Made by a program: the position numbers and the translations under genes. Positions 18,266-27,389 of a stretch of DNA of 32,000 nucleotides are shown in pieces. The notes beneath the pieces were generated by a model. The model did not search any database and was not told where the DNA came from. It saw nothing but the letters and a program-made list of their open reading frames with translations. Source of the stretch: an uncultured Lentisphaeria bacterium (GTDB lineage Bacteria > Verrucomicrobiota > Lentisphaeria > JABSQK01 > JAJFLO01); NCBI GenBank assembly GCA_951812855.1, contig OX638337.1:570001-602000 (forward strand), read 5' to 3'. Each line of letters opens with the position of its first letter. The first letter of the stretch is position 1.

Positions 18266-19360
18266 ATGATCACGACAAAACATGAACTGGCAAATTTGTT
18301 GGAGAAGCTGTCGCATGCCGAGTGTATTGCACTGGACACCGAGTTTTTTTGGGAGAATAGTTATTATCCGGTATTGGCATTGATTCAGCTGAGCGTTGAT
18401 CGGAATACCCATTATCTGGTTGATGCAGTTGTAATGGACGATCTCTCTCCGTTGGGACGGATTTTAAGTGATGATCGAATCATAAAAATACTTCATGATG
18501 CACGCCAGGATCTGACGATTCTTCGACGTGCTGCCGGGGCTTACCCGCGAAATGTTTTTGACACCCAGTGTGCGGCCGGTTTTGCAGGTTTGAGTTCAAC
18601 CTTGTCACTTGGTGAATTGATAAAGACGTTATCGGGTATCGAATTGGCTAAATCCGCAACACGGACAAACTGGTTGAAACGTCCGTTAACCCCCGAACAG
18701 CTGGAGTATGCTGTCGATGATGTCCGCTATCTGCCGGAATTACGATCAACATTGATGTCAAAAATTGAAAACAAATTCAGTAAGGCTTGCTTAGAGGAAG
18801 AACTGAAAGGATTTGATAATAAACAGCTCTATGATGATCGAGATCCTGCTGTCCAATATCGTCGGATCAGAGGTGCAAATGGCTTGTCATCAGAGAGTCT
18901 GACTATTTTACGGGAAGTTGCGGTCTGGCGGGAATTTCAAGGTCGTAAACGAAACAGGCCTGTATCCTGGTTAGTAAAGGATAAGACATTGGTCGCTATC
19001 GCCAGGGAAAAGCCGAAATCATTCGATGAACTTAACGTTATATCCCAAAAGTCAGGTGATGGTATTAAATCTCACACTAAACCGTTACTTGACGCTGTTG
19101 CTAAAGGAATTCAATGTCACTTAAGCGAATCCATGTCTCTTTCAGAACCAGAAATCAAAAATAAAAAAGACTTCAAGGCAAATGTAGAAAATATGCTTGA
19201 AAGAATAAAACGGAAGAGCAGGCACTATGGTATCGATGCTGATCTGGTTGCGTCCAAAGTTGAGGCAGAGGCATTTCTCAAGGACAAAGCAACAGCTCCA
19301 ATTCGCTATCCCCGGCTCTTATGTAATTGGCGGAAAGACTTATTAACTATGGAGAATTAA
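18266..19360 (+). CDS. rnd: ribonuclease D
   Basis: 364 aa. DEDD 3'-5' exonuclease motifs (..IALDTEF.., ..KILHDARQDL.., ..YAVDDVRYL..) are followed by an HRDC-like region. Confidence 0.85.
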   Translation: MITTKHELANLLEKLSHAECIALDTEFFWENSYYPVLALIQLSVDRNTHYLVDAVVMDDLSPLGRILSDDRIIKILHDARQDLTILRRAAGAYPRNVFDTQCAAGFAGLSSTLSLGELIKTLSGIELAKSATRTNWLKRPLTPEQLEYAVDDVRYLPELRSTLMSKIENKFSKACLEEELKGFDNKQLYDDRDPAVQYRRIRGANGLSSESLTILREVAVWREFQGRKRNRPVSWLVKDKTLVAIAREKPKSFDELNVISQKSGDGIKSHTKPLLDAVAKGIQCHLSESMSLSEPEIKNKKDFKANVENMLERIKRKSRHYGIDADLVASKVEAEAFLKDKATAPIRYPRLLCNWRKDLLTMEN

Positions 19361-19382
19361 AACAGTTGCAGCATGGTAATAA

Positions 19383-20018
19383 TTAGGTCAGCATGAGTGC
19401 GTTTCGAATATGTGACTGAATGTTTTCCGGTGTATCCGTACCGGGAATTTCGACGACTAAATTCTGTGTGCGGAAAAACTCAAGGACGGGTTCGGTCTTT
19501 TTGTGGTATTCACATATTCTCTCACGGACAGAGTCCTCATTATCATCCGTGCGGCTAACCAGTTCGCTGCCGCAGATATCGCAAATATCCATTACCGCCG
19601 GTCGATGATGGATTAGATTGTAATCCAGACTGCATTGATAGCAAAGTCTCCTGGCGAGTGTACGTTGTAAAACCATTTCATCTGAAATTGTGATATGAAT
19701 AACTCTGTCGACATCATAACTCTCCATAAGGAATTCAGTTTGGGGAAGGTTTCGCGGGAAACCATCAAGTACAAACCCATAATTCCAGTCGTGTTCTCCT
19801 AAACGATCGCGGACGACATGTTCGACTACCTCATCGGGTATCAGGATTCCTGCATTTACCAGGCGGAAGATACGTGCTGCAAGCTTTGTATGATTCTCGA
19901 TATTCCATCGAATAATATCTCCAACGCTGATGTGAACCAGATCGAAATCCTGTTGCAGCATTTTTGATTGGGTTCCTTTACCGCATCCCTGTATTCCCGT
20001 GATGATAAATTTATTCAT
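19383..20018 (-). CDS. adk: adenylate kinase with a zinc-binding lid
   Basis: 211 aa. P-loop GIQGCGKGTQ, ..GFVLDGFPRN.., and lid CYQC...CDICG. It is unlinked from secY. Confidence 0.9.
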   Translation of the reverse strand: MNKFIITGIQGCGKGTQSKMLQQDFDLVHISVGDIIRWNIENHTKLAARIFRLVNAGILIPDEVVEHVVRDRLGEHDWNYGFVLDGFPRNLPQTEFLMESYDVDRVIHITISDEMVLQRTLARRLCYQCSLDYNLIHHRPAVMDICDICGSELVSRTDDNEDSVRERICEYHKKTEPVLEFFRTQNLVVEIPGTDTPENIQSHIRNALMLT

Positions 20019-20190
20019 TACCAGTGTCCTTACTACGATTTTCTGATCAGGTTAAACAGTGTTGAAAGTTGACGCTAAGAAATAACTTAATATGACAAGT
20101 CTTTGAATTTTAGACAGTATCTGAATACATTAATATTAATCTGTATTCCCGCAAATTAAGTGACTATAACTTTTTACCGGGGAGGAACAT

Positions 20191-20589
20191 ATGAAACCTA
20201 AAGCAAGCCAGAGCAAGATAGATCAGTGTGACAAAATGTTAAGAGGGTATAAAAAAGAGCTGGCTGTTCGTGCAAAAGGTTATAGAGCACAGGCGTTAAA
20301 AATGTTTCCCCATATTTGTGCCAGCTGTTGCCGTGAATTTTCCGGAAAACGGCTGCGGGAGCTTACCGTACATCACAAAGATCACAATCATGAAAACAAT
20401 CCGCCTGATGGAAGTAACTGGGAACTTTTATGTTTGTATTGCCATGATCATGAACATGAAAAATACCGCATGAAGGGTTTTTCCGATGGTACCGACATTG
20501 AAGGTAAAATGACCAATCCCACCCTATTCAATCCCTTCGAAAATCTGGATAAGTTACTAAAATCCAAGGACCAAAATTCAGAGTCATAA
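20191..20589 (+). CDS. yajD: YajD-like HNH nuclease family protein
   Basis: 132 aa, ..CASCCREFSGKRLRELTVHHKDHNHENNPPDGSNWELLCLYCHDHEHEK.. matches the YajD-type HNH/zinc-finger core. Confidence 0.75.
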   Translation: MKPKASQSKIDQCDKMLRGYKKELAVRAKGYRAQALKMFPHICASCCREFSGKRLRELTVHHKDHNHENNPPDGSNWELLCLYCHDHEHEKYRMKGFSDGTDIEGKMTNPTLFNPFENLDKLLKSKDQNSES

Positions 20590-20865
20590 CGGTTTAAAAA
20601 CTATTTCCCCGGCGGTTGTTGCCTCCCGTAATCTTAATATTCATTCGTGCATTCTTCTGAAAAAAGTCACGGAATCCTCCCTCATGTCGCGATTAGATAA
20701 CAGATTGTTGATTTTTATTTTCAAATCAAGTTGTATTAATTCGCTGATTTTTCCTATTTAAGTATAGAAACACTATTCAGTTAACTGGGTATTAGATAAA
20801 AACCATCTACCGACTATTCAGCTATTCATAGTCATTTACTAATATGTGCAGTTTTTGGGGGTAAC

Positions 20866-21553
20866 ACTGGAAATGATGTTGGAGGAGTCAGCAGAGGGCA
20901 TAGTACCGCACGGTCAGTACGGGAAAGCCTGAACCTGTCAGGTGTACCTCAGCCACCGAACCGCAACAACCGGAAACGAATCCTAACGGGGGAGCCGGCT
21001 CATATTTGCCCGTCAACACCGGGAACGAATTCGCTCAGCGAGCAGGGAAAAGATATATTATTCGGCAAGAGTTTGTCGGGTACTCATCCCAAAATCAACA
21101 GGGGGTCAACGTCCGTCAGGAATCCCGATGAGGTAAAGATGGCAACTTGCAGTCGTAAAGGATACCGGCGGATGAGCAGTAATCGCATCGTCCAACAGGT
21201 CTTGAGCAATCAATGGTTATGGAATCAAGGTGTCCCTGACATGAGGCAGCAATCAATGGATCGTTCTTCACTGCGGAGCCTCCGGCTCCTGACGAACAGG
21301 AAGTTCTCCGATAAACGAAAATTATGTTTGAGATGTCCAATAACAGGTTCTATAGCTGACCGACGGCGTAATTGCTTCTTCTGATTCAATACCTTATTGA
21401 AGAGTGCAAGCTGTTCGTTATCATGATTTAACTGCTTCGGGGGCAGCTTGCGATCAGGTTCTCGGACCGGACGGTCTGCAATCGTGCGAATTCTTAGGGC
21501 AGCCTTCCGGGCTTTCGCATAACCTGATGGATAACGACGCCCTCTTTGGGCAT
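20866..21553 (-). mobile_element. IS5-family (DDE_Tnp_1-type) transposase remnant, C-terminal third only and frameshifted, plus about 250 bp of unexplained 3' sequence
   Basis: The minus strand reads ..LNQKKQLRRRSAIEPVIGHLKHNFRLSENFL.. then, after a frameshift, ..GSAVKNDPLIAAS... This is the (R)R.AIEPVIGHLK....L.RN.LKG..GD..N..LAA C-terminal signature. The block is visibly more GC-rich than its flanks. No N-terminal or catalytic part and no second end is present. Confidence 0.7.
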
Positions 21554-21726
21554 TCAGTTAATTCTTCGGTTATTTCATTAACTCAATATAATACATAACA
21601 TATTGAATAATAGTATATTAAATCGTTTTCAAGGATCGGTTAATGCAGCATTTCAATGCATAATAATGTCATTTTATTCCTACAGACAGCCTCCTCAGAG
21701 ATATAAGAGGCTAAGCCTGAAAGATG

Positions 21727-22422
21727 CTATCCGTATAAATTCCCTTTGGAGATATCTGTCCACAGTTCAACATTTTGGTGTCCGCTTAATGCCAACCCGG
21801 CAGGTAATAAATCTGGATTGTTTATAAGGTTTAAAATGATATTTTTTTTTGCGTTTCCACATACAGCAAATACAATTAATTCAATTTTTGCTAATAATTT
21901 TGAACTTACTGAGACACGATCAAATCCTGATTGATTATTAATGGTCAAAGTATATTCCTTTTGAAACCCGGCGTCATTTTTATTAAAAATAGATGCGGTA
22001 TGGCCATCAGTACCTAAACCAAGTAATCCTAAGCTGATTCTTCCATTATTATGGATAAATTTTTTTAATTGAAATTCGAATAACTCTTTGGCGTTTTCTA
22101 AACCTAATTCTGTTTCAATCCGAAATACCTTAGGTTTCTCTATTCCCAGATTGTCAAGCATAGATTTAGAATTACCATAATTACTGTTACTTGAATTCGA
22201 TGGCACACTACGTTCATCACTATAAAAGATGTGAAGTTTCTCGGAAATAGAAACGGATAATTTTGATAATTGATCATAAACCGGTAACGGTGTAGATCCT
22301 CCGGACAGCATCATTGCATGATTGGAATCTTCATCAAGCTGCATGTGTTTAACCAATAGGTCTTTCAAAGCTGTATTTAATTTTTTTCTGGTTTCAAAGT
22401 GTTTTAATTTAATAGACAGCAT
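21727..22422 (-). CDS. pgl: 6-phosphogluconolactonase
   Basis: 231 aa, ..AMMLSGGSTPLPVYDQL.., ..LLGLGTDGHTASIF.. are 6PGL/DevB motifs. Immediately downstream of zwf. Confidence 0.88.
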   Translation of the reverse strand: MLSIKLKHFETRKKLNTALKDLLVKHMQLDEDSNHAMMLSGGSTPLPVYDQLSKLSVSISEKLHIFYSDERSVPSNSSNSNYGNSKSMLDNLGIEKPKVFRIETELGLENAKELFEFQLKKFIHNNGRISLGLLGLGTDGHTASIFNKNDAGFQKEYTLTINNQSGFDRVSVSSKLLAKIELIVFAVCGNAKKNIILNLINNPDLLPAGLALSGHQNVELWTDISKGNLYG

Positions 22423-22533
22423 ATCAAATTTATGTGGAACACAGCAGTCCCTCCGGTTGGTATTTATATCTGCTTCAACAATACGATTATTTAATTTTTC
22501 TCTCTGAATAATTGAATGATCAGTTATAAAATT

Positions 22534-23958
22534 TCATATCGGTCCTGAACTGCCAAATGCGTAAAATTCAGGTTTTATTTTTTCTTGTTCAAGACGATTA
22601 AGAACTGGAGTTACTATGTTCCAGGATGCCTCAAGTTCTTCGGCTCGAATAAATAAGTTTCGATCACCTCTTAAAACGTCTAAAATCAATCGTTCATAAG
22701 CATCAGGGACTATTTGCTGAAACGCCGATGCATAATGTAAATTTAATTTAGCTTCCTCAAGCTGCTGATCTAAACCCGGAAGTTTATTAATAATATTTAA
22801 TTCAATCGCTTCATTGGGCTGAACGCGTATAACGAGACTGTTCGAGTTTATTTCACCATGGCTGTTAAAGATCGGATTGGAAATTTTTTTAAATGAAATC
22901 CGTATTTCTGTCATGCTCGTACTCATCGCCTTTCCGGCTGTCAAGTAAAAGGGAACACCTTTCCATCGATCATTGTTGATTGCTAACGTTGCTTTGGCAT
23001 ACGTTTCTGTCAGAGAATCGTCCGGGACATCCGGGTCTTCAAGGTATCCGGGTTCGTTTTTCCCGTTAATTGTAGAATTTGCATACTGACCAACGGTAAT
23101 ATTGTCCAAATCTATCGAATTTACCGACTTTAATAATTCCACTTTTTTATCACAAATACATTCCGCACTAAAATTTTCAGGTTTTTCCATACCAACGAGT
23201 GCAACAATTTGCAACAAATGATTTTGCATTACATCCCGGATGATCCCGTAGTTATCAAAATAACCTGCCCTTCCCTCGCATCCGATCTTTTCTGTCCAGG
23301 AAATTGAAATAGAATCGATAAACCGATTATTCCATAATGGCTCGAAAATGAGATTCGCAAATCGCAAAATCATCACGTTTTGTATAACCTCTTTACCAAG
23401 GTAGTGATCAATTCTGTAGATCTGTTCCTCATCGGAGATTTCAGAAAGAGAATTAATTAATTTTTTTGATGATTCGCTATCCCGGCCAAATGGTTTTTCA
23501 ATGACAATACGTGACCATGGATTTTGCAATTTGTTTCCCTTGGTAAAAGTATGATGAATTGAATTTGCTGATTCAATAAAAATTGATGGTGGGACTGCCA
23601 TGTAGAAAAGCGTGTTTTCTTCGGAAAATCCTATTTCACGAATTCTGTCTTTGAGTTCAATAAATGAATCAATACTATTATAATTCCCGCATACATAAAA
23701 ACATTTGTTTAAAAATTCATTCATTTTTTCATGACATTTACTTTGCTCAAGCTCGTAACGACAGGTGAGGTACCGGACAATGGTATCGCGAAATTTGAGG
23801 TCATCTAAATCTGACCTGGCAAATCCAATAATCGCGATTTGATCTGGCAGAAGGTCATTGCAGTATAATGAAAATAAAGCAGGTATTAATTTACGCCGGG
23901 TCAAATCTCCTGAAGCACCAATAATAACAATATTACATGGTTTTAATCGATAAGGCAT
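22534..23958 (-). CDS. zwf: glucose-6-phosphate 1-dehydrogenase
   Basis: 474 aa. N-terminal dinucleotide site IVIIGASGDLTRRKL, catalytic RIDHYLGKE, ..EKPFG... Confidence 0.95.
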   Translation of the reverse strand: MPYRLKPCNIVIIGASGDLTRRKLIPALFSLYCNDLLPDQIAIIGFARSDLDDLKFRDTIVRYLTCRYELEQSKCHEKMNEFLNKCFYVCGNYNSIDSFIELKDRIREIGFSEENTLFYMAVPPSIFIESANSIHHTFTKGNKLQNPWSRIVIEKPFGRDSESSKKLINSLSEISDEEQIYRIDHYLGKEVIQNVMILRFANLIFEPLWNNRFIDSISISWTEKIGCEGRAGYFDNYGIIRDVMQNHLLQIVALVGMEKPENFSAECICDKKVELLKSVNSIDLDNITVGQYANSTINGKNEPGYLEDPDVPDDSLTETYAKATLAINNDRWKGVPFYLTAGKAMSTSMTEIRISFKKISNPIFNSHGEINSNSLVIRVQPNEAIELNIINKLPGLDQQLEEAKLNLHYASAFQQIVPDAYERLILDVLRGDRNLFIRAEELEASWNIVTPVLNRLEQEKIKPEFYAFGSSGPI

Positions 23959-24184
23959 AGGGAATTAAATCTTTTGTGGTTGATCCGCCACCGGAAGAAG
24001 GTCCTGGAAGACAAGTTAATAATTTATGACAATATGACGAGAACGTTTTTTTTCGTCAATATTGCAGACTCTTGTCAGTATTCTAATAATACAGACTCTC
24101 TTAAAAATTCATTTGAAACCAAATTGCAAATACAACGATGTATTTTTTTGAGGGGCACATACAAATAATAACACGGGAAAAGAA

Positions 24185-24346
24185 TCAAGCCTGAACAGAA
24201 AAATATTCTTTCCCGGCACCACAATCCGGACATACCCAGTCATCAGGTAAATCATCAAATAAAACACCCGCTGAGATTCCAGCCGGTTCATCACCAAGTT
24301 CCGGATCATAAACATAGCCACAAATATCACATAAATATAATTTCAT
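24185..24346 (-). CDS. rubredoxin (53 aa), missed by the ORF track because it is under 60 aa
   Basis: [53 protein letters not shown] has both CxxCG and CPxCG iron-binding knuckles and the conserved D.W. The listed ORF 24109..24330(-) is a different frame of the same DNA. Confidence 0.88.
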   Translation of the reverse strand: MKLYLCDICGYVYDPELGDEPAGISAGVLFDDLPDDWVCPDCGAGKEYFSVQA

Positions 24347-24537
24347 TGAATTCTCTTATAGTTAAATTCGAACGATAACCCGTGCAAATTGAAAAATCAT
24401 AACATAACAGGTATTAAAATCAGGGTGATACCTAAAAAAACTCCTTCGGAATTAGGATAATATCAACCTCTAAAAGATCAAGTATATTATTATTTATTTA
24501 GAAGGTGACCAGGATAATACGTGTCCATTCCTGATGA

Positions 24538-24681
24538 AAAGCATTAATTATTACGTTAACGACAACAGACGATCCGCTTTAAATTGAAAAATGCTATGAA
24601 CCAGGATGTAATTTTTATGTCACAAAACCTGTTGACTATGGCAAGTTTGTCAGTACAATTAAGAATTTGGCAGGGTACTGA
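24538..24681 (+). pseudogene. response-regulator receiver-domain remnant (last ~45 codons, with in-frame TAA)
   Basis: KALIITLTTTDDPL*IEKCYEPGCNFYVTKPVDYGKFVSTIKNLAGY* matches the beta4-alpha5 end of CheY-like receivers (..vImLTs....d...c.e.GAn.YitKPvd...f...i..l). It is bounded upstream by TGA (24535-24537). TAA is at 24580-24582. Confidence 0.45.
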
Positions 24682-24801
24682 AGGTGTGTAAGATTCCACA
24701 ATTTAAGGCTGTAGAAAAACAGTCGTCGCAGTAACCGTGGCATGTAAATTTGATACAAATTACCTGCATGAGTATTAAAACTGAAATAATTATTAAAAAA
24801 T

Positions 24802-25515
24802 ATGGAACGATCTCAACCCGACATCCGCGAGAAAGGCAAGGATTCCCAGGGAAATCCGATTTCATTGGATAAACGATTATTTATACAGCTTTTATGCTTT
24901 GGAAATTGTGAAAATCATCAGATACTGATTGAGACTTTGCAAGATGAAAAAGTTGAAGGTGTGATATATCACGACGTCAACGATCCAAAAGGAATCGGTC
25001 TATTAACCTTCAATGAAGATCCCGACAGTTTCGTAGTAAATCTTAGAAATCTTATAAATTCTTCTCCATTCTCGAAACTGACTCAAAAGCCTGAATACAC
25101 CATGTTGGGAAGAACCTATTCAACCGGTCATGAACGAGATGTCGAAAACTGGTTATTACATAAGCCCCGCAAAATCGTCACAAACCCTGAATACCCATGG
25201 GCAATTTGGTATCCGCTGCGTCGTAAAGGTAAATTTGCACAATTATCAGATAAGGAACAGAAAGCGGTTTTAATGGAACATGGTAAACTTGGACATGAAT
25301 TTGGTAATGCGGGTTATGCTCATGATATCAGGCTGGCCTGCCATGGGCTGGATAAAAACGATAATGATTTTGTCATTGGCCTTATCGGAAGTGAATTACA
25401 TGCGTTATCGGCAACAATTCAAGCGATGAGAGCGACAAAGCAAACATCCGGTTTTCTAAAAAATTTAGGGCCGTTTTTCATAGGGAAAGCAATCTGGCAA
25501 AATGCCATATTTTAA
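24802..25515 (+). CDS. chlorite dismutase family protein (Cld/HemQ-like haem-binding)
   Basis: 237 aa, ..YPWAIWYPLRRKGKFAQLSDKEQKAVLMEHGKLGHEFG..IRLACHGLDKNDNDFVIGLIGSELHALSATIQAMRATKQTS.. fits the family C-terminal ferredoxin-like domain with the proximal His in ..MEHG... No signal peptide. Confidence 0.7.
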   Translation: MERSQPDIREKGKDSQGNPISLDKRLFIQLLCFGNCENHQILIETLQDEKVEGVIYHDVNDPKGIGLLTFNEDPDSFVVNLRNLINSSPFSKLTQKPEYTMLGRTYSTGHERDVENWLLHKPRKIVTNPEYPWAIWYPLRRKGKFAQLSDKEQKAVLMEHGKLGHEFGNAGYAHDIRLACHGLDKNDNDFVIGLIGSELHALSATIQAMRATKQTSGFLKNLGPFFIGKAIWQNAIF

Positions 25516-25613
25516 AACTAACACCTTTTGACAGACTCTGTGTGGCAGGTTCTACAAATCTGATTATCTGTAATAATTATGAGGTTGAATCTAATACTTT
25601 AAAATCGGATGTA

Positions 25614-27344
25614 TCAATCGCCTAATGGCTGAGAGTCCGATTTCTCATTATTTTTAGCTGTGTAATCAAATTTAGCAACCATATCCCATAGGCATTTTAT
25701 CGCTTCATCTTTCTGCCTGCTTTCCACAAGATCAGCCAATGTTGACAATTTCCGGGAGTATAATTTCTTACTGATCACATCAGTTTTGTGAACATTTATT
25801 TTAGGAACTTCAGTTGCCGTAACCCGCTCCCCATCAATGATTAACTCTTCGTGTAATTTTTCCCCCGGCCGCAGACCAATATATTTAATTTCGATATCTT
25901 CATCCGGAATTAAACCTGACAGTTTAATCATATTATACGCAAGATCTGAAATTTTTATTGGATCACCCATTTCCAGTAAAAATGTTTCTCCACCTTCCCC
26001 AATTGAACCCGCCTGCAACACCAGTTCTACAGCTTCCGGTATTGTTAGAAAATATCGCGTAACATCAGGATGTGTAATTGTAATCGGGCCACCCTTTTCA
26101 ATTTGTTTTTTGAATATCGGAACAACACTTCCATGGCTGCCCAGGACATTGCCAAATCTAACTGAAAATAATTTTGTCTTATTAGATTCTGATGATAAAA
26201 GAACAAGTTCGGCACATCGTTTTGTCGCACCCATAATGCTTTTAGGGTTAACTGCTTTATCAGTTGATATTAGTAAAAGCTTGTTACAATCATATTTTGC
26301 GGCTGCATCCACTAAATTCTTCGTTCCAAAAATATTATTCTGAATTGCAGAAACCGGATGTTCTTGCATTAATCCAACATGCTTAAAAGCGGCTGCATGA
26401 AATACACAATACGGCGAATATTTATGGAATAAATCGTCAATAAATTTCCTGTCCTGAATGTCACCAAAAACGGCGACAACAGGAAGTCCGGGATAGTGAC
26501 TCTTAAGTTCCTCATGGATTTCAAATAATGGTGTTTCTCCAATTTCCAAAATCAGCAGCAGGCTGGGATTATAAGATGAAATTTGCCTGGCCAGTTCAGA
26601 GCCGATTGAACCACCTGCTCCGGTAACCAAGACACATTTATCTTTTAAATTTCCGAAAACTCTATCCCTGTCAAGTTTAATCGGGTCTCGCCCAAGCAAA
26701 TCTTCTACCCGGACGCTGCGAATTTGCTGAATTTGCAGTTTCCCTGAAATAAAATCTTTTATTTCAGGCAGTATCTTGAATTGTACATTTTGGCCGATAC
26801 AACTTTCAACCAGTCCCCGGACAAACTTTTTTCCAGCAGAAGGAATTGCAATTAGAACTTCGTTGATTGAATGTTCATGAACAATTTTCTCCAGACTTTT
26901 TGTATCGCCAATTACATGAAACCCGTGAATAGTTGTTCCATGCAGGGTCTTATTGTCATCTAAGAAACCAACGACATAATGGCTTTTTCCAAGACTATTT
27001 CGCACCTCCCGCAATGCTGCTTCTCCGCAGCCTCCGGCTCCGATAATCAGAGTTTGTACACAGTGACTTTTATCTGATTGAAATTCGGACAATTCCTGAA
27101 AAAATCGAACTGAAAATCGAACACCGCCAAACACCATCATTGATGTCAGCCAGTCAATCAGAAAAATTGCACGCGGGAATCCATGTCCATATAACAATAC
27201 AACAGTGAAAACAAAGATGATGGTACTGCTTGTAGTCGCTTTTGTTAAATGGATTAAATCATCCATTCCTGCATAACGCCATAATCCCTGATAAAGCCTG
27301 AATTTTGCTAAACACAGTGCTTTGATTGTAATGATAAGAGGCAA
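25614..27344 (-). CDS. polysaccharide biosynthesis protein, CapD/PglF/WbpM-type NDP-sugar 4,6-dehydratase (enzyme body; the 5' end is problematic, see findings)
   Basis: 576 aa from a TTG. It has ..LYQGLWRYAGMDDL.. and TM segments, two Rossmann motifs (IIGAGGCG, VTGAGGSIGSEL), and catalytic ..STDKAV.P.S.MGATKR... The frame stays open upstream through the palindrome to a TGA at 27390-27392. Confidence 0.85.
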   Translation of the reverse strand: MPLIITIKALCLAKFRLYQGLWRYAGMDDLIHLTKATTSSTIIFVFTVVLLYGHGFPRAIFLIDWLTSMMVFGGVRFSVRFFQELSEFQSDKSHCVQTLIIGAGGCGEAALREVRNSLGKSHYVVGFLDDNKTLHGTTIHGFHVIGDTKSLEKIVHEHSINEVLIAIPSAGKKFVRGLVESCIGQNVQFKILPEIKDFISGKLQIQQIRSVRVEDLLGRDPIKLDRDRVFGNLKDKCVLVTGAGGSIGSELARQISSYNPSLLLILEIGETPLFEIHEELKSHYPGLPVVAVFGDIQDRKFIDDLFHKYSPYCVFHAAAFKHVGLMQEHPVSAIQNNIFGTKNLVDAAAKYDCNKLLLISTDKAVNPKSIMGATKRCAELVLLSSESNKTKLFSVRFGNVLGSHGSVVPIFKKQIEKGGPITITHPDVTRYFLTIPEAVELVLQAGSIGEGGETFLLEMGDPIKISDLAYNMIKLSGLIPDEDIEIKYIGLRPGEKLHEELIIDGERVTATEVPKINVHKTDVISKKLYSRKLSTLADLVESRQKDEAIKCLWDMVAKFDYTAKNNEKSDSQPLGD

Positions 27345-27349
27345 AGTCT

Positions 27350-27388
27350 GGAGAAATACCCCCCCCCATGGGGGGGGGGTATTTCTCC
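27350..27388. repeat. 39-nt near-perfect palindrome ggagaaata-C9-AT-G10-tatttctcc
   Basis: Direct reading gives 27350-27358 ggagaaata, 27359-27367 nine C, 27368-27369 AT, 27370-27379 ten G, 27380-27388 tatttctcc. The arms are exact reverse complements except for one extra G. Confidence 0.95.
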
Positions 27389-27389
27389 A

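Noticed and set aside
20866-21115. The 250-bp GC-rich segment considered as SRP RNA, RNase P RNA, tmRNA, a cobalamin riboswitch or a group II intron 5' domain.
   Set aside because: The diagnostic strings are absent: no GGAAGGAAGCAGC-type SRP domain IV, no GAGGAAAGTCC RNase P P4, no tmRNA termini, no GTGYG start with a downstream domain V, and no B12 box. Resemblance to group II intron domain sequences is only impressionistic and cannot be verified without a covariance-model search.
24109-24330. 73-aa ORF listed in the track on the minus strand.
   Set aside because: A different frame of the same DNA encodes a textbook rubredoxin (24185..24346). The 73-aa translation has no recognisable features.
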